Of a DNA stretch of 64,000 bases, positions 43,960-53,448 are shown in pieces. This DNA is from a virus (taxonomy: Duplodnaviria > Caudoviricetes). Made by a program: the position numbers and the translations under genes. The stretch covers positions 1 to 64,000 of the IMG/VR virus record IMGVR_UViG_3300032218_001677; one strand, written 5' to 3'. Position 1 is the stretch's first letter, and each line of letters begins with the position of its first letter. The notes beneath the pieces are model-generated. The model saw only the letters and a list, made by a program, of their open reading frames with translations, was not told the origin of the DNA and made no database searches.

Positions 43960-44364
43960 TTAGACGCCCCAGGAAGTCTGGGAAGCTTGGTCGTACATAC
44001 CATTCCAGCCACACTCAAAACATCTTGGTGCTGGTGACTTACCTTGAATACTTGTACTTGCTGCTCTAGAACTTCGTGTAAACACGTTAGGGCTACCACA
44101 TTCGGGGCAAGTAACGTCCCCTTGTTTCTTGGCAGCTTCTCCACCCTTCCATAGTCTTAACGCTTCACCCATTGTAATTTGTGCTTGTGAATCTAAATCT
44201 GGGCGTAAAACTCGTTGTGGTTCGTCAGGACCTTGTTGGGGGATTACTGGTTGTGGGAATCTAATAGCACCAGAGGTAGGGGGTATCACTGGGTTAAAGC
44301 TACGGTTATTTGATGTAACAGGTTTTTCTCCACTTAGTTTTTTTGACCACCAATCACTACTCAT
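43960..44364 (-). CDS. Hypothetical protein with C-terminal Zn ribbon
   Basis: CPECGS...CFECGW; start MSSDW after GAGGA. Confidence 0.7.
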   Translation of the reverse strand: MSSDWWSKKLSGEKPVTSNNRSFNPVIPPTSGAIRFPQPVIPQQGPDEPQRVLRPDLDSQAQITMGEALRLWKGGEAAKKQGDVTCPECGSPNVFTRSSRAASTSIQGKSPAPRCFECGWNGMYDQASQTSWGV

Positions 44365-44815
44365 AGTCCTCGTCTTCCTCCTCGTCTTCGTCATAGTCTA
44401 GATCATCTAATGCTGCTGCAAGCATCAATCCAACTAAAGATTCCATAGTTTTTTCGGTAACTGAGGAATCTACTGCTGTTTCATCAATGGATATTATATC
44501 TTGGTCTATTAGATGTGCAATGGTTGCTACACCAAATGATGTAATAATATTTTCAGTTGCTTTTAATGTAGCTTCGTCAAAGTCATTGTTTTCTCTAAGA
44601 ACAGTAATCATCCATGATGCACACTCTTTTAAATGGTGTAATACGCCGGTATTAGACAGTACAAACCATTTTTGCATGGTATCTATAATTTCATGTTGTT
44701 GAACATCAGAAGATGGTACAGAAAAACCAGCAGCGTGAGCTAACTTTTGACCCTCCAATATAGATAGAGTCAGATAGAAGTTGCGTTCTTCTACTGGGTT
44801 TGAAGCCATGATCAT
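44357..44815 (-). CDS. Hypothetical protein with acidic tail
   Basis: ATGA overlap with the polymerase stop. Confidence 0.65.
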   Translation of the reverse strand: MIMASNPVEERNFYLTLSILEGQKLAHAAGFSVPSSDVQQHEIIDTMQKWFVLSNTGVLHHLKECASWMITVLRENNDFDEATLKATENIITSFGVATIAHLIDQDIISIDETAVDSSVTEKTMESLVGLMLAAALDDLDYDEDEEEDEDYE

Positions 44816-46899
44816 CCTTTCGCCTCCGACCAGTTATAAGCTGAGTGACAGGACACTCTCAATGGTATTCCATTAATAATGTTACCATCACCCATAGCAT
44901 TTATAAACAATGGCTGAATTATGTCAACTGAGTCTTCTGGAACCATTGCCACTAGTTCGTCATGTACCTGAACAAGTATGTTAGAGTCTGTATACTTGAG
45001 TACTTCATAAACGTCAATCATAGCTTTTTTACAGATATCAGCTGCTGATCCTTGTACTACCGCGTTTACAGCCTGACGCTCTGCCCTAGACCGCAACATG
45101 TAATCGTCTGATCGTAAGTCAGGAAGTCTACGACGACGACCTGAAATAGTTTTTACATACCCCATTTTGATGCCCTCATCAATAATGGATTTTTTCCACT
45201 TAGTTATTCCCGAAAATTGCTTGTAGTACTGATCGATAACGAATCGCGCGTGCTCTTCATCAACACCAGTTGTTCGTGCCAATTTTTGGGGGCCTCCACC
45301 ATAAGCAGTTAAGAAGTTAACGCCTTTTCCAAGTTGTCGTTCTTCTGAAGTAACTTCCTCAACTGGTTTACCCAAGATAAGAGCAGCTGCTCCAGAATGA
45401 ATGTCATCCCCATTAAGAAAGAACTCACTCATTTTCTTATCTCCTGAGAACATACACATAACACGAAGTTCAATCTGGTCATAGTCAGCAACTAGCAGGA
45501 CATTTCCAGGGGTGGCCACAAACAAACTACGAACGCTACTGTCTCTTGGGATGTTCTGTAGGTTAGGGTTACTTGAGGATAAGCGACCAGTGGCAGTTCT
45601 GTGTAGGTGAAATGACGGATGTAATGACCCCTTGTTCAGTTTTGTGAGTAACCCATCAACATAGGTTGACTTAACTTTTTTTGTTTCTGCCCAGTCAATC
45701 AACATTGGAACAATTGGGTGTTTAGCTTCAAGGTTATGAAGTGCTTCTTCATCTACTGAAGCTGATCCCTTTTCCGTAAACTTGGTTGGTTTTAACCCCA
45801 AGCCACCTTCTTGTTTCTTGGTGAACAGAAGTTGTTGTTTGTGCTTAGGGCTATCTGGGTTAAATCCAGGGGGAGCGTAGTCCATCATATTTAAAAGCAA
45901 ATTATTTAGATCTTTGTCTAGTTCAACACCTAGCTTTTTCATAGATCTGTGGTCAACAGGAATGCCTGTATCTTCCATTTCCATAAGAACACGTATAACT
46001 TCCATGTCCTGTCGTAAACACGATAGTAGTTCTTCTTTATTTTGAATCTTCTGCCAAAGAATTTTGTACAAATGCCATGTCCACTTGGCGTCTAGGTGAA
46101 CATACTTTGTTGCTTTTGAAAAAGGAACCTGAGTGATGATTGCACCAAGCTTACCATCCTGATGGTAGGGGTTAAAACCACCAAAGTTATGAGCTATAAG
46201 CTTGTCAAGACTATATTCTGATAGGTTCTCATTTAGAATATGCTGAGCAATCATAGTGTCAATAAACGGACCTTCTGGCAACTCGTTATCAAAATACTTA
46301 CGAACAGATCTTGCGTCAAATTTTATGTTATGTCCGACCTTGACAAGATCACCAAAGAATATGGGTTCAAGTTCCTTAAAAACTTCAGTTCGAGACAGCT
46401 GTTCCGGGGCAGGGGAAAATACTGCTGGGATATAGTATCTACCCTTAGCCATTGACTCCTTACCATTAGCCAGGAGTTTACGGTAACCACTTGGTGGGAT
46501 TGTAGATCCATCACCGCGTTCTTCAGGGATGATGATTTCACCGTTGGGATGCCCCATTGGAATTGCCCATGAGTGCCCCTCTGTAGCAAGCCCAAGCCAA
46601 AAGACTTCATTACGCATTGGGTCTAACGCAAGAGTATTGGCCCATTTGTTTACAAGTATTTCTTTTGATCGGGCAATTACATCTTCAGAGGTTGTTTTAA
46701 TAGTTGTAGCGTGTGTTTCCCATTCTTGGTCAATCCAAGCCATAACATCGGAATGTCGTTCTACAATACCGCGGGTTTCAACGTCAAATGCAAAAGCTCC
46801 TACCTCACAAATTGTAGCTACAATTTCTTTTAATTCTTCAATTGTAGATACAACACGGGGGGCCGTTAAGCCCCCCGTGTAACCATTTGACTGGTTCAT
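44812..46899 (-). CDS. polA: DNA polymerase, family A (3'-5' exonuclease + polymerase)
   Basis: FDVET, GHNIKFD, TGRLSSSNPNLQNIP, ADYDQIELR, RQLGKGVNF, YG, QGSAADI, QVHDEL. Confidence 0.96.
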   Translation of the reverse strand: MNQSNGYTGGLTAPRVVSTIEELKEIVATICEVGAFAFDVETRGIVERHSDVMAWIDQEWETHATTIKTTSEDVIARSKEILVNKWANTLALDPMRNEVFWLGLATEGHSWAIPMGHPNGEIIIPEERGDGSTIPPSGYRKLLANGKESMAKGRYYIPAVFSPAPEQLSRTEVFKELEPIFFGDLVKVGHNIKFDARSVRKYFDNELPEGPFIDTMIAQHILNENLSEYSLDKLIAHNFGGFNPYHQDGKLGAIITQVPFSKATKYVHLDAKWTWHLYKILWQKIQNKEELLSCLRQDMEVIRVLMEMEDTGIPVDHRSMKKLGVELDKDLNNLLLNMMDYAPPGFNPDSPKHKQQLLFTKKQEGGLGLKPTKFTEKGSASVDEEALHNLEAKHPIVPMLIDWAETKKVKSTYVDGLLTKLNKGSLHPSFHLHRTATGRLSSSNPNLQNIPRDSSVRSLFVATPGNVLLVADYDQIELRVMCMFSGDKKMSEFFLNGDDIHSGAAALILGKPVEEVTSEERQLGKGVNFLTAYGGGPQKLARTTGVDEEHARFVIDQYYKQFSGITKWKKSIIDEGIKMGYVKTISGRRRRLPDLRSDDYMLRSRAERQAVNAVVQGSAADICKKAMIDVYEVLKYTDSNILVQVHDELVAMVPEDSVDIIQPLFINAMGDGNIINGIPLRVSCHSAYNWSEAKG

Positions 46900-46900
46900 A

Positions 46901-47629
46901 TCAGTCTGCCAAATCTTCTAAGGCAATCTGAGTAAGGTCCTTGCGGGTTGGGATTTGAATAATTTCAGGGGTGTAAGCATCCTTACGGAAAACCCTTATG
47001 TCATCTTCGGTAAGACCGTCAATGTTCCACTCTTCAAGATCTCGTTCCTTAACCAACTGATGATTGGTTGCGGAAGTTGCTCCCTTACCTGAACGGCTGA
47101 CCGCCCAGTAGTGCTTGGAAAGTGGTCCCTGTCGTGGATCAATGTGGAAGTTCTTAAGTTGGTCAATAACTCTTGGACCGACTTCATAGGACTTGTGCAT
47201 TGGTTCAGCATCTGAAGATAGCAACACTACGTTAAACGCAAAACGTGTTGAGGGTCGGCTACCTGCATCACAAAGAGGACAACCCTTGGGGTCTAGGTCG
47301 GCAATGCAAGTAAAGGACTTCTGACCAGTACGCTCTACCCAGTGTTGGCGGTAAGTAGCGTACGGCTCATCTTCAAGAAACTTGATAATTGTTGTATCTT
47401 CTGAAATACGCAGTCTCTGTGCATATGGTGAGTCTGCTGATTTAGCTTGCTCTACAGCACCCCAACCACTACGGATTACTTTAGAGGTAGAAACTGGTCG
47501 TTCTTCTTCTTCAGTATCTTCAACTAGTAGTTTAACTTTGTCAACTACTACCAACTTGCTTGTCTTGGGCGACCGTACTGGTGCATCCTCAAGAATTTCT
47601 GTTTCGTCGTCGTCATCGTATCTGCTCAT
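46901..47629 (-). CDS. Single-stranded DNA-binding protein (gp32-like)
   Basis: IIKFLEDEP..YRQHW...CIAD..GCPLC...RFAFNV; lies next to polA. Confidence 0.7.
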   Translation of the reverse strand: MSRYDDDDETEILEDAPVRSPKTSKLVVVDKVKLLVEDTEEEERPVSTSKVIRSGWGAVEQAKSADSPYAQRLRISEDTTIIKFLEDEPYATYRQHWVERTGQKSFTCIADLDPKGCPLCDAGSRPSTRFAFNVVLLSSDAEPMHKSYEVGPRVIDQLKNFHIDPRQGPLSKHYWAVSRSGKGATSATNHQLVKERDLEEWNIDGLTEDDIRVFRKDAYTPEIIQIPTRKDLTQIALEDLAD

Positions 47630-47649
47630 GATTTTTTCCTTTGTGTTTG

Positions 47650-48090
47650 TTAGTTGGGCCATTTTTGTTTTATGTATTTTCTGAATCCATCCCAGTTGGC
47701 CTTTGCTGGATTGGAAATTTGAAACTGATTAACAGCTTCAATCAGAAATTCTACCTGCTCCAAACTGTAAAGTCTACGACCTTTCAAAGTTTTTCCAGGA
47801 ATTTGTTGGCCACGGGGTGTGGGGGTTCTAAAGGTGGCTCTAGGTATCCACCCTTGTTGCTCCCACATCCTAATGGTCACCGGCTTTCTATCTAATGCTT
47901 TAGCAAGTTCTCCAACAGAAAAGAACATACGTTCTTCTCCAGACATATGGAAAACTTTACCACGTGCACCATTCAGTCTATCTTCAAGTCTTGAATCTTT
48001 TTTCTTGGAACTCTCCCTATTCTTGGGTGGAGTTTTACCAGGATAGTCAGGTAAGTCATTGAAAAAGTCTAATGGGTCTCTGGGCATCAT
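47650..48090 (-). CDS. MerR-like HTH protein
   Basis: FSVGELAKALDRKPVTIRMWEQQGWIP...RRLYSLEQVE. Confidence 0.75.
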   Translation of the reverse strand: MMPRDPLDFFNDLPDYPGKTPPKNRESSKKKDSRLEDRLNGARGKVFHMSGEERMFFSVGELAKALDRKPVTIRMWEQQGWIPRATFRTPTPRGQQIPGKTLKGRRLYSLEQVEFLIEAVNQFQISNPAKANWDGFRKYIKQKWPN

Positions 48091-48515
48091 TCGTCTCCGT
48101 AGTTCTTACCTTCTACAACTTTAAATGCCCAAGATTCTTTCTTGACGTAGAGTTCATCAAGCTCAAGCTTCAAGTCTGGGTTATCCCATACTTTACCTAG
48201 AAGCTTATCTTCGCTTACAACTCTTATCTCTTCAGAGATTTCGTCCCACATATTTTTATCCTTGGCCCACTGTTCTGCAATGCGGTTATCCAAGTTAATA
48301 GATACGCGGCGTTCTCTCTTTAGCTGGTGTTCCCCAGCAGGAAGCCATTTGTGTCCTTTATCATCGACATCACCAAACCAATCAACTTGGTTGCTTAATT
48401 CTTTTTTAATGTCGTCTAAACGGCTTTGGTACTTGTCAATTAAATTCTTTAGATTTACGTACTCAGTAACTATCCGACCTAAATCAATTTCGTGAATCTT
48501 TGGGGTAGTACTCAT
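48087..48515 (-). CDS. Hypothetical protein (N-terminal coiled coil)
   Basis: Start MSTTP after AGGAG. Confidence 0.65.
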   Translation of the reverse strand: MSTTPKIHEIDLGRIVTEYVNLKNLIDKYQSRLDDIKKELSNQVDWFGDVDDKGHKWLPAGEHQLKRERRVSINLDNRIAEQWAKDKNMWDEISEEIRVVSEDKLLGKVWDNPDLKLELDELYVKKESWAFKVVEGKNYGDE

Positions 48516-48522
48516 GGTGCTC

Positions 48523-50070
48523 CTATACATGTGAGTCACGCAGGAATTGCGTGAGACTTCCTAGTGTTATATCAAACCCACCACGAATATCATGGTGTTT
48601 GCCATCCACAAATGCTTCATTAATTGAACGTTTTTGTTGGAGCATTTCGTATTGGCGTTCCTCAATACTACCCTGCATAACAAAAGTTGCAATAGTAACG
48701 TGAGGAAATTCTGAGGAAAGTCTAATAATTCTTGCTTCTCTTTGTTCGAGCTTTCCACTACTCCATGGGAGGTCATATGAGATTAAATAGTTGGCCATAG
48801 GTAAGTCAACACCATATCCACCAGCATCTGAGGATAGGAATAAACGAGTGTCTGGGTCGGTACCAAACTGCTGTTTAGAATTGTCACGATCTTCCGCTGA
48901 CATCCCGCCCATAAATAAAACACTCTTTGTTAACTTAGAGGTGGCTTCTTTAATCAATCTTAGGTTTTCTTTAAAGAAAGAAAATAGCACTACCTTATTT
49001 TTTGGGTCTGCACTAAGGACTTCTTCAATGTACTCAACTACTGCATTAAGTTTTGGGGTGTCTATTGCTTTAGATAAGTAGCCTCTTGAGTCAATATCAA
49101 ATGCGTAGGCGCTTCCCTCGTTAGGGCGTTTTGGGTCTGCATATATTGCAGCGGATCTTGATACCAGATTTGGGTTATCACATAGCATTCTAAGGACAGT
49201 TAATCTAGACATGATCTGCCCTTGTGCTTCATTGGAGGCTGGGTCATTGTAATGCTTCCATAGATTGAAAGAACCACCGTGTTTGGACATGGCTTGCTGA
49301 AGCTGGTGCAGCAGGTCAGTTGCAATAGTTCTGTATAATGTTGCCCCGTGGGTATCAAATGGTACAGGAATTAACTGGTGAATAATTTCAGGAAGCTGAT
49401 CAGCAATGTCTTCTCTAGTTTTTCTGATCATGCAGTCTTCCATTGAGTAATGGAGATTGTTTAAGTTTCGGTAGCGGACTGGTTTACCATAGTAATCACG
49501 AACTATGAAGGTCCTATCAAAGGCATCAAATGGACCCAGTACCGTTGGGTCAACAAACTCCATGATAGAAAACAGTTCTTCTGGTCGGTTTTCAATTGGC
49601 TGGCCAGTTAGAGCGTACCTATAGACCATAGGTTTGGATATTCTTTTTACCATTTTAGAACGCTTACTTGAACGGGATTTAAGCATTGTTGCTTCGTCCA
49701 CTACAATTGCTTGACAAGGTATACGTTTAAAGAACTCTAAGTCTCTAATAAGACATTCAGTATTAACAATTACGTACTGTGATGAGATAGCTGCTTTCCA
49801 AAGTTTTTCTCTTGTTTTTGCAGGACCATCAATAACAGTTACTCTTGAATTTGTAAACCTCTGTATTTCACGTTTCCACTGATACTTGAGCGATGCTGGG
49901 ACAACAATTAAACAACGATCAATGTCTCTGTTGGTTAGTAAGGTCTCTATGCAAGAGATAGTTGTGACAGTTTTACCTGCTCCCATGACAAGGCCAAGAA
50001 GCACCTGACCACGGTCAAGCATCTTTTCAACTGATTCTTCTTGGTATGGGTAAAGGGAACCTGTAAACAT
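48523..50070 (-). CDS. SNF2-family helicase
   Basis: LVMGAGKT, VVDEAT, LTGQP, SSDAGGYGVDL, YDLPWS, QREARIIR. Confidence 0.92.
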   Translation of the reverse strand: MFTGSLYPYQEESVEKMLDRGQVLLGLVMGAGKTVTTISCIETLLTNRDIDRCLIVVPASLKYQWKREIQRFTNSRVTVIDGPAKTREKLWKAAISSQYVIVNTECLIRDLEFFKRIPCQAIVVDEATMLKSRSSKRSKMVKRISKPMVYRYALTGQPIENRPEELFSIMEFVDPTVLGPFDAFDRTFIVRDYYGKPVRYRNLNNLHYSMEDCMIRKTREDIADQLPEIIHQLIPVPFDTHGATLYRTIATDLLHQLQQAMSKHGGSFNLWKHYNDPASNEAQGQIMSRLTVLRMLCDNPNLVSRSAAIYADPKRPNEGSAYAFDIDSRGYLSKAIDTPKLNAVVEYIEEVLSADPKNKVVLFSFFKENLRLIKEATSKLTKSVLFMGGMSAEDRDNSKQQFGTDPDTRLFLSSDAGGYGVDLPMANYLISYDLPWSSGKLEQREARIIRLSSEFPHVTIATFVMQGSIEERQYEMLQQKRSINEAFVDGKHHDIRGGFDITLGSLTQFLRDSHV

Positions 50071-50988
50071 CTAAGCAATCCATGGGGGCATAATCTTGGC
50101 TGTTTCTAAACCAACCTCAATTTCAACGTCCGTCATATCTCCTATATCTTTAGCATCAGTATTTTTGTAGTTCCACCAGTACAACCCTTTGCGAGGTGTG
50201 CCAAGTGCGTGGTAAAGTTTCTTACTAGATTCTACACCAGCTTTATCGTTATCCATTGCTACTATAACTTTATCAGCTAAATGTAGTATAAGGTCTATTT
50301 GCTCTTGAGATACATATGCACCAAAAGTTCCAAGTGCTTGGGCTTTATCCGTTACCTTGGCAAACCTAATAACATCTAATGGTGACTCTACAATAACTGC
50401 TGTTGAGCTGCGAAAACGTTCAACTCCAAATAGAGTCTTAGATTTCTTTACCCCAGTTGGAAAGTTTAATACACTACCTAGTCTTTTTTCCTGCCAACCA
50501 TCTAACCGTCCGGTGGCAGACATGATGGGTATGGCCCAAGCTTTGTTCTTTGGGTTCCAACGTACACCATAGCGGTGTGTTATCTCAGGGTCTAAATTGC
50601 GAGAGTTGCATAACCGTTCTGGAACTCGGTCAAACCCAAAGAAGGCGTCGCGATCTACAAATACATCTTCTTGTGGGGCTTTGCCCTCTATCAAAGTTTT
50701 GTAGCTTGCATCTACAATCATTTTCTGTATTTCAATCCCAGAGTCACCCCCTGAGAGCTCATACAATAAAGATGAGAGCGACCCACGTGCTCCACATGAG
50801 AAGCAAATCCATAACCCAGTTGTGGAATTCATACTCCAAGATGGGGAGTTATCGGGTTTACCAACTGTTCTAATATGTACTGGACATTTGCCAGTTATTT
50901 CTTTGTCTCCAACTCTTTTAACCTCTACTCCTAGTGATTCTAGGACTTGGGCCAAGTTAGTCGAATGAGGGGTTGATATGGTCGTCAT
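50071..50988 (-). CDS. DNA primase (Zn finger + TOPRIM)
   Basis: CPVH...CFSCGARG; IVESPLD; AMDNDKAG; DAKDIGD; start after GGAGG. Confidence 0.9.
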   Translation of the reverse strand: MTTISTPHSTNLAQVLESLGVEVKRVGDKEITGKCPVHIRTVGKPDNSPSWSMNSTTGLWICFSCGARGSLSSLLYELSGGDSGIEIQKMIVDASYKTLIEGKAPQEDVFVDRDAFFGFDRVPERLCNSRNLDPEITHRYGVRWNPKNKAWAIPIMSATGRLDGWQEKRLGSVLNFPTGVKKSKTLFGVERFRSSTAVIVESPLDVIRFAKVTDKAQALGTFGAYVSQEQIDLILHLADKVIVAMDNDKAGVESSKKLYHALGTPRKGLYWWNYKNTDAKDIGDMTDVEIEVGLETAKIMPPWIA

Positions 50989-52213
50989 AATCTGATACCT
51001 CCTCAAATTCCATAGTAGTCCAATCCCACTTAACGTGCACTTCACCAGTAGGGGCTGTTCGGGCTAGGACAACTCTAATGATTGCCTGATCTTCCATATC
51101 TGGGTTTCGCTCAACACCAAGAATCAAGTCTGCATCTTGTGCAAATGATGATGTGTACCCAATTGCATCTGCCGTAACCGCACGAGTCTTTTTGTTGCCT
51201 AACTTCCAAGAAAGAACCTGGGTAGTTGCAACCACAGGAATGTCAAAACGCTGTGCGAGTCTTTTCAAAGATCTTGTGATGTTGGTTAGGGCTTGGGGGC
51301 TTCCCTTTGCTTCACCCTCCTCATCATCCATCAAGTACACACCATCAACAAACAACACGTCAGGTTGGTACTCCTGGACTTTTCCAGCAAGAGCTGTAAC
51401 TGTTGTAAGTGATGAGGTATCTTCACTGAAAACAAATGGGTGCATGTTTTTGCGGATGCTCAGGGCTTTGCGGATCTTTACCATGTCATCGTTGTTTAAG
51501 TCACCTGACAAGATGCGGGTATACGGTACTTTGGAAATCAATGAGTCATACCGTGCTTCTTGTTCTTCAATGCTCATTTCAAAAGAAACAAAGAGTGGGC
51601 GCTTGCCGTGGATGTGTGCAGAGTTGGCAAGGATCAAAGCAAACAAAGACTTACCACGCTTTGGTTCACCAGCAAACACAATGAATTGCTGTGGACGTAA
51701 TCCGTGTGTGATTTTGTCAAGACCATGAAAGCCAGTTGGAATACCACGAAGAGCATTTGGGGTATTCCGCATTACTTCATAGCGGGCCATTCTGTTTTCC
51801 CAGTTTTTAATAATGTCAATGTCTCTAAGGCGGGCAGCATCAACCGATGCTTTTTGTAAACCTACGGATAGAGCGGCCATTGCCTCTTCAAGGTTGTTTG
51901 CGTCAATCGCAGGAATTGCATGAGACAAAGAATCCATGATGGTTCTTCTTCTAAACCCTGCTACCACTTCTTCAATCAACCTAGAGAAAGTTTCTCCAGA
52001 CGCATCCTCTAATGTGACATCCCCAAATTCTTGGTTGAACACACGTTCGGTAGGTACCGCACCATGAACGCGGTTGAACTCTAATAACCATGACCATATC
52101 TCAGGCCATGAACCAGTAAAGTGATCAACTTTTAAACCAGCTTTGATTGGAGTATTCAAGTCTTTTTCTTGAATGATTTTTGAAACTAGGTATAACTCGC
52201 TGGACGCCATCAT
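50957..52213 (-). CDS. dnaB: Replicative DnaB-like helicase
   Basis: GIPTGF..LD, GEPKRGKS, SFEMS, LFVDG, VVATTQ, IGYTSSFAQDAD. Confidence 0.92.
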   Translation of the reverse strand: MMASSELYLVSKIIQEKDLNTPIKAGLKVDHFTGSWPEIWSWLLEFNRVHGAVPTERVFNQEFGDVTLEDASGETFSRLIEEVVAGFRRRTIMDSLSHAIPAIDANNLEEAMAALSVGLQKASVDAARLRDIDIIKNWENRMARYEVMRNTPNALRGIPTGFHGLDKITHGLRPQQFIVFAGEPKRGKSLFALILANSAHIHGKRPLFVSFEMSIEEQEARYDSLISKVPYTRILSGDLNNDDMVKIRKALSIRKNMHPFVFSEDTSSLTTVTALAGKVQEYQPDVLFVDGVYLMDDEEGEAKGSPQALTNITRSLKRLAQRFDIPVVATTQVLSWKLGNKKTRAVTADAIGYTSSFAQDADLILGVERNPDMEDQAIIRVVLARTAPTGEVHVKWDWTTMEFEEVSDYDDHINPSFD

Positions 52214-52653
52214 ATTCTCCATGCAGTGTTGGGTTTAACAACGTGGGCTCTAAACCCTATCGTAAACGCTTCTTCATCAGTTGATACATACACCGTTCGT
52301 ATGCCTCTGTTGTATCGCAAATCTATTTCGTAATCTTTTGGTGAGTCGTACCACAACACTGTTGTGCGGACTCCTTTACGTAGTAACCATTCGTAAATTG
52401 GATCAACTGCATCGGGGTGCAGGAAGGTAATTACATCAGTACCAATTCCCAACCGATTAACGCAGTCAGCTAGGGAGCGTACAGCAAGATCATTTGGTTT
52501 CCACATTGGAATTGCAGTTTCCCAATTATTTGCTCGTTCATAAAATTTGTACTTGGTCTTAGCTGTAATTCCTTCTGGAGGTGTTGCTAGGACCCCTTCC
52601 CATATACAGGATTGTCCAAGAATGGAATACTCTGCTATGTCACCACGTTCCAT
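52210..52653 (-). CDS. Hypothetical protein, possibly degenerate HAD-like
   Basis: IWEGVLA at the motif-I position. Confidence 0.55.
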   Translation of the reverse strand: MERGDIAEYSILGQSCIWEGVLATPPEGITAKTKYKFYERANNWETAIPMWKPNDLAVRSLADCVNRLGIGTDVITFLHPDAVDPIYEWLLRKGVRTTVLWYDSPKDYEIDLRYNRGIRTVYVSTDEEAFTIGFRAHVVKPNTAWRI

Positions 52654-53288
52654 TAGGAAACCCTTATTTCAGTCATCTCTGTTGTAGATACCTTGACCCG
52701 ATCACCATACCGACGATTAAAGTCCATAGTTCCTAGGGTTGTAGTAATAATCATTGAGCGGGTGTCTTCATAACGTCTGCGGATAAGGCTGCCAACTTCA
52801 TGGGTTGAGAAGTCTGTTTCACGCTCTTGTCCAACTCCATCCAGTAACACAACATCAAATACTCCTTGGATGTATTTAAGCAAATATGGCATTGAGTACA
52901 TCTCTGGGAGAAGGCCACCATCTTGTTCAAACGTATCTTTGAGCATGTCTATGTATCGGTCACTGCTTACAAAACGGCCAGATGCACCGTTGCGCAAAAC
53001 AAGTTCTTGGAGAACTGCTTGACCAACAATACTTTTTCCTGATCCAGTCTTGCCGTACAAAAACAAACTGTCACCTTGCTGGTAATTGTTAACCCAGTTG
53101 GTAACTTCTTCAATACAGCGATCACTTACCGTAAGTGACTCTAACGACCATTCTGCCCAGCGTGTGGGAATTCGTGTATGGAATAGGCGTTCTTCAACAG
53201 AGCGGTTTCTCCACCACTTCTCTGATTTCCAATCAGTCGGAACCTGGAATGTCTGTGTCATGATTCTCCGTGTAGTAGCCATTTTCAA
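52653..53288 (-). CDS. DnaC/IstB-like helicase-loader ATPase
   Basis: LFLYGKTGSGKS, VLLDGVGQE, IITTTL. Confidence 0.85.
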   Translation of the reverse strand: MKMATTRRIMTQTFQVPTDWKSEKWWRNRSVEERLFHTRIPTRWAEWSLESLTVSDRCIEEVTNWVNNYQQGDSLFLYGKTGSGKSIVGQAVLQELVLRNGASGRFVSSDRYIDMLKDTFEQDGGLLPEMYSMPYLLKYIQGVFDVVLLDGVGQERETDFSTHEVGSLIRRRYEDTRSMIITTTLGTMDFNRRYGDRVKVSTTEMTEIRVS

Positions 53289-53448
53289 TTATGCTCCAAA
53301 AGTCTGAGTCAATAGTTGAAGCTTCTGAGGTGCGCAACTCTAGCCACTCTTCAAACTCTTCGTGTGTTTCAAATGAGGTTGTGACCCAATTCACAAAACG
53401 TATTAGTTCTTCAAAACTTGTAAATGCAAATACTCCATCAATTTCCAT
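53233..53448 (-). CDS. Small acidic hypothetical protein
   Basis: RBS GGAG; overlaps the neighbour. Confidence 0.5.
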   Translation of the reverse strand: MEIDGVFAFTSFEELIRFVNWVTTSFETHEEFEEWLELRTSEASTIDSDFWSIIENGYYTENHDTDIPGSD

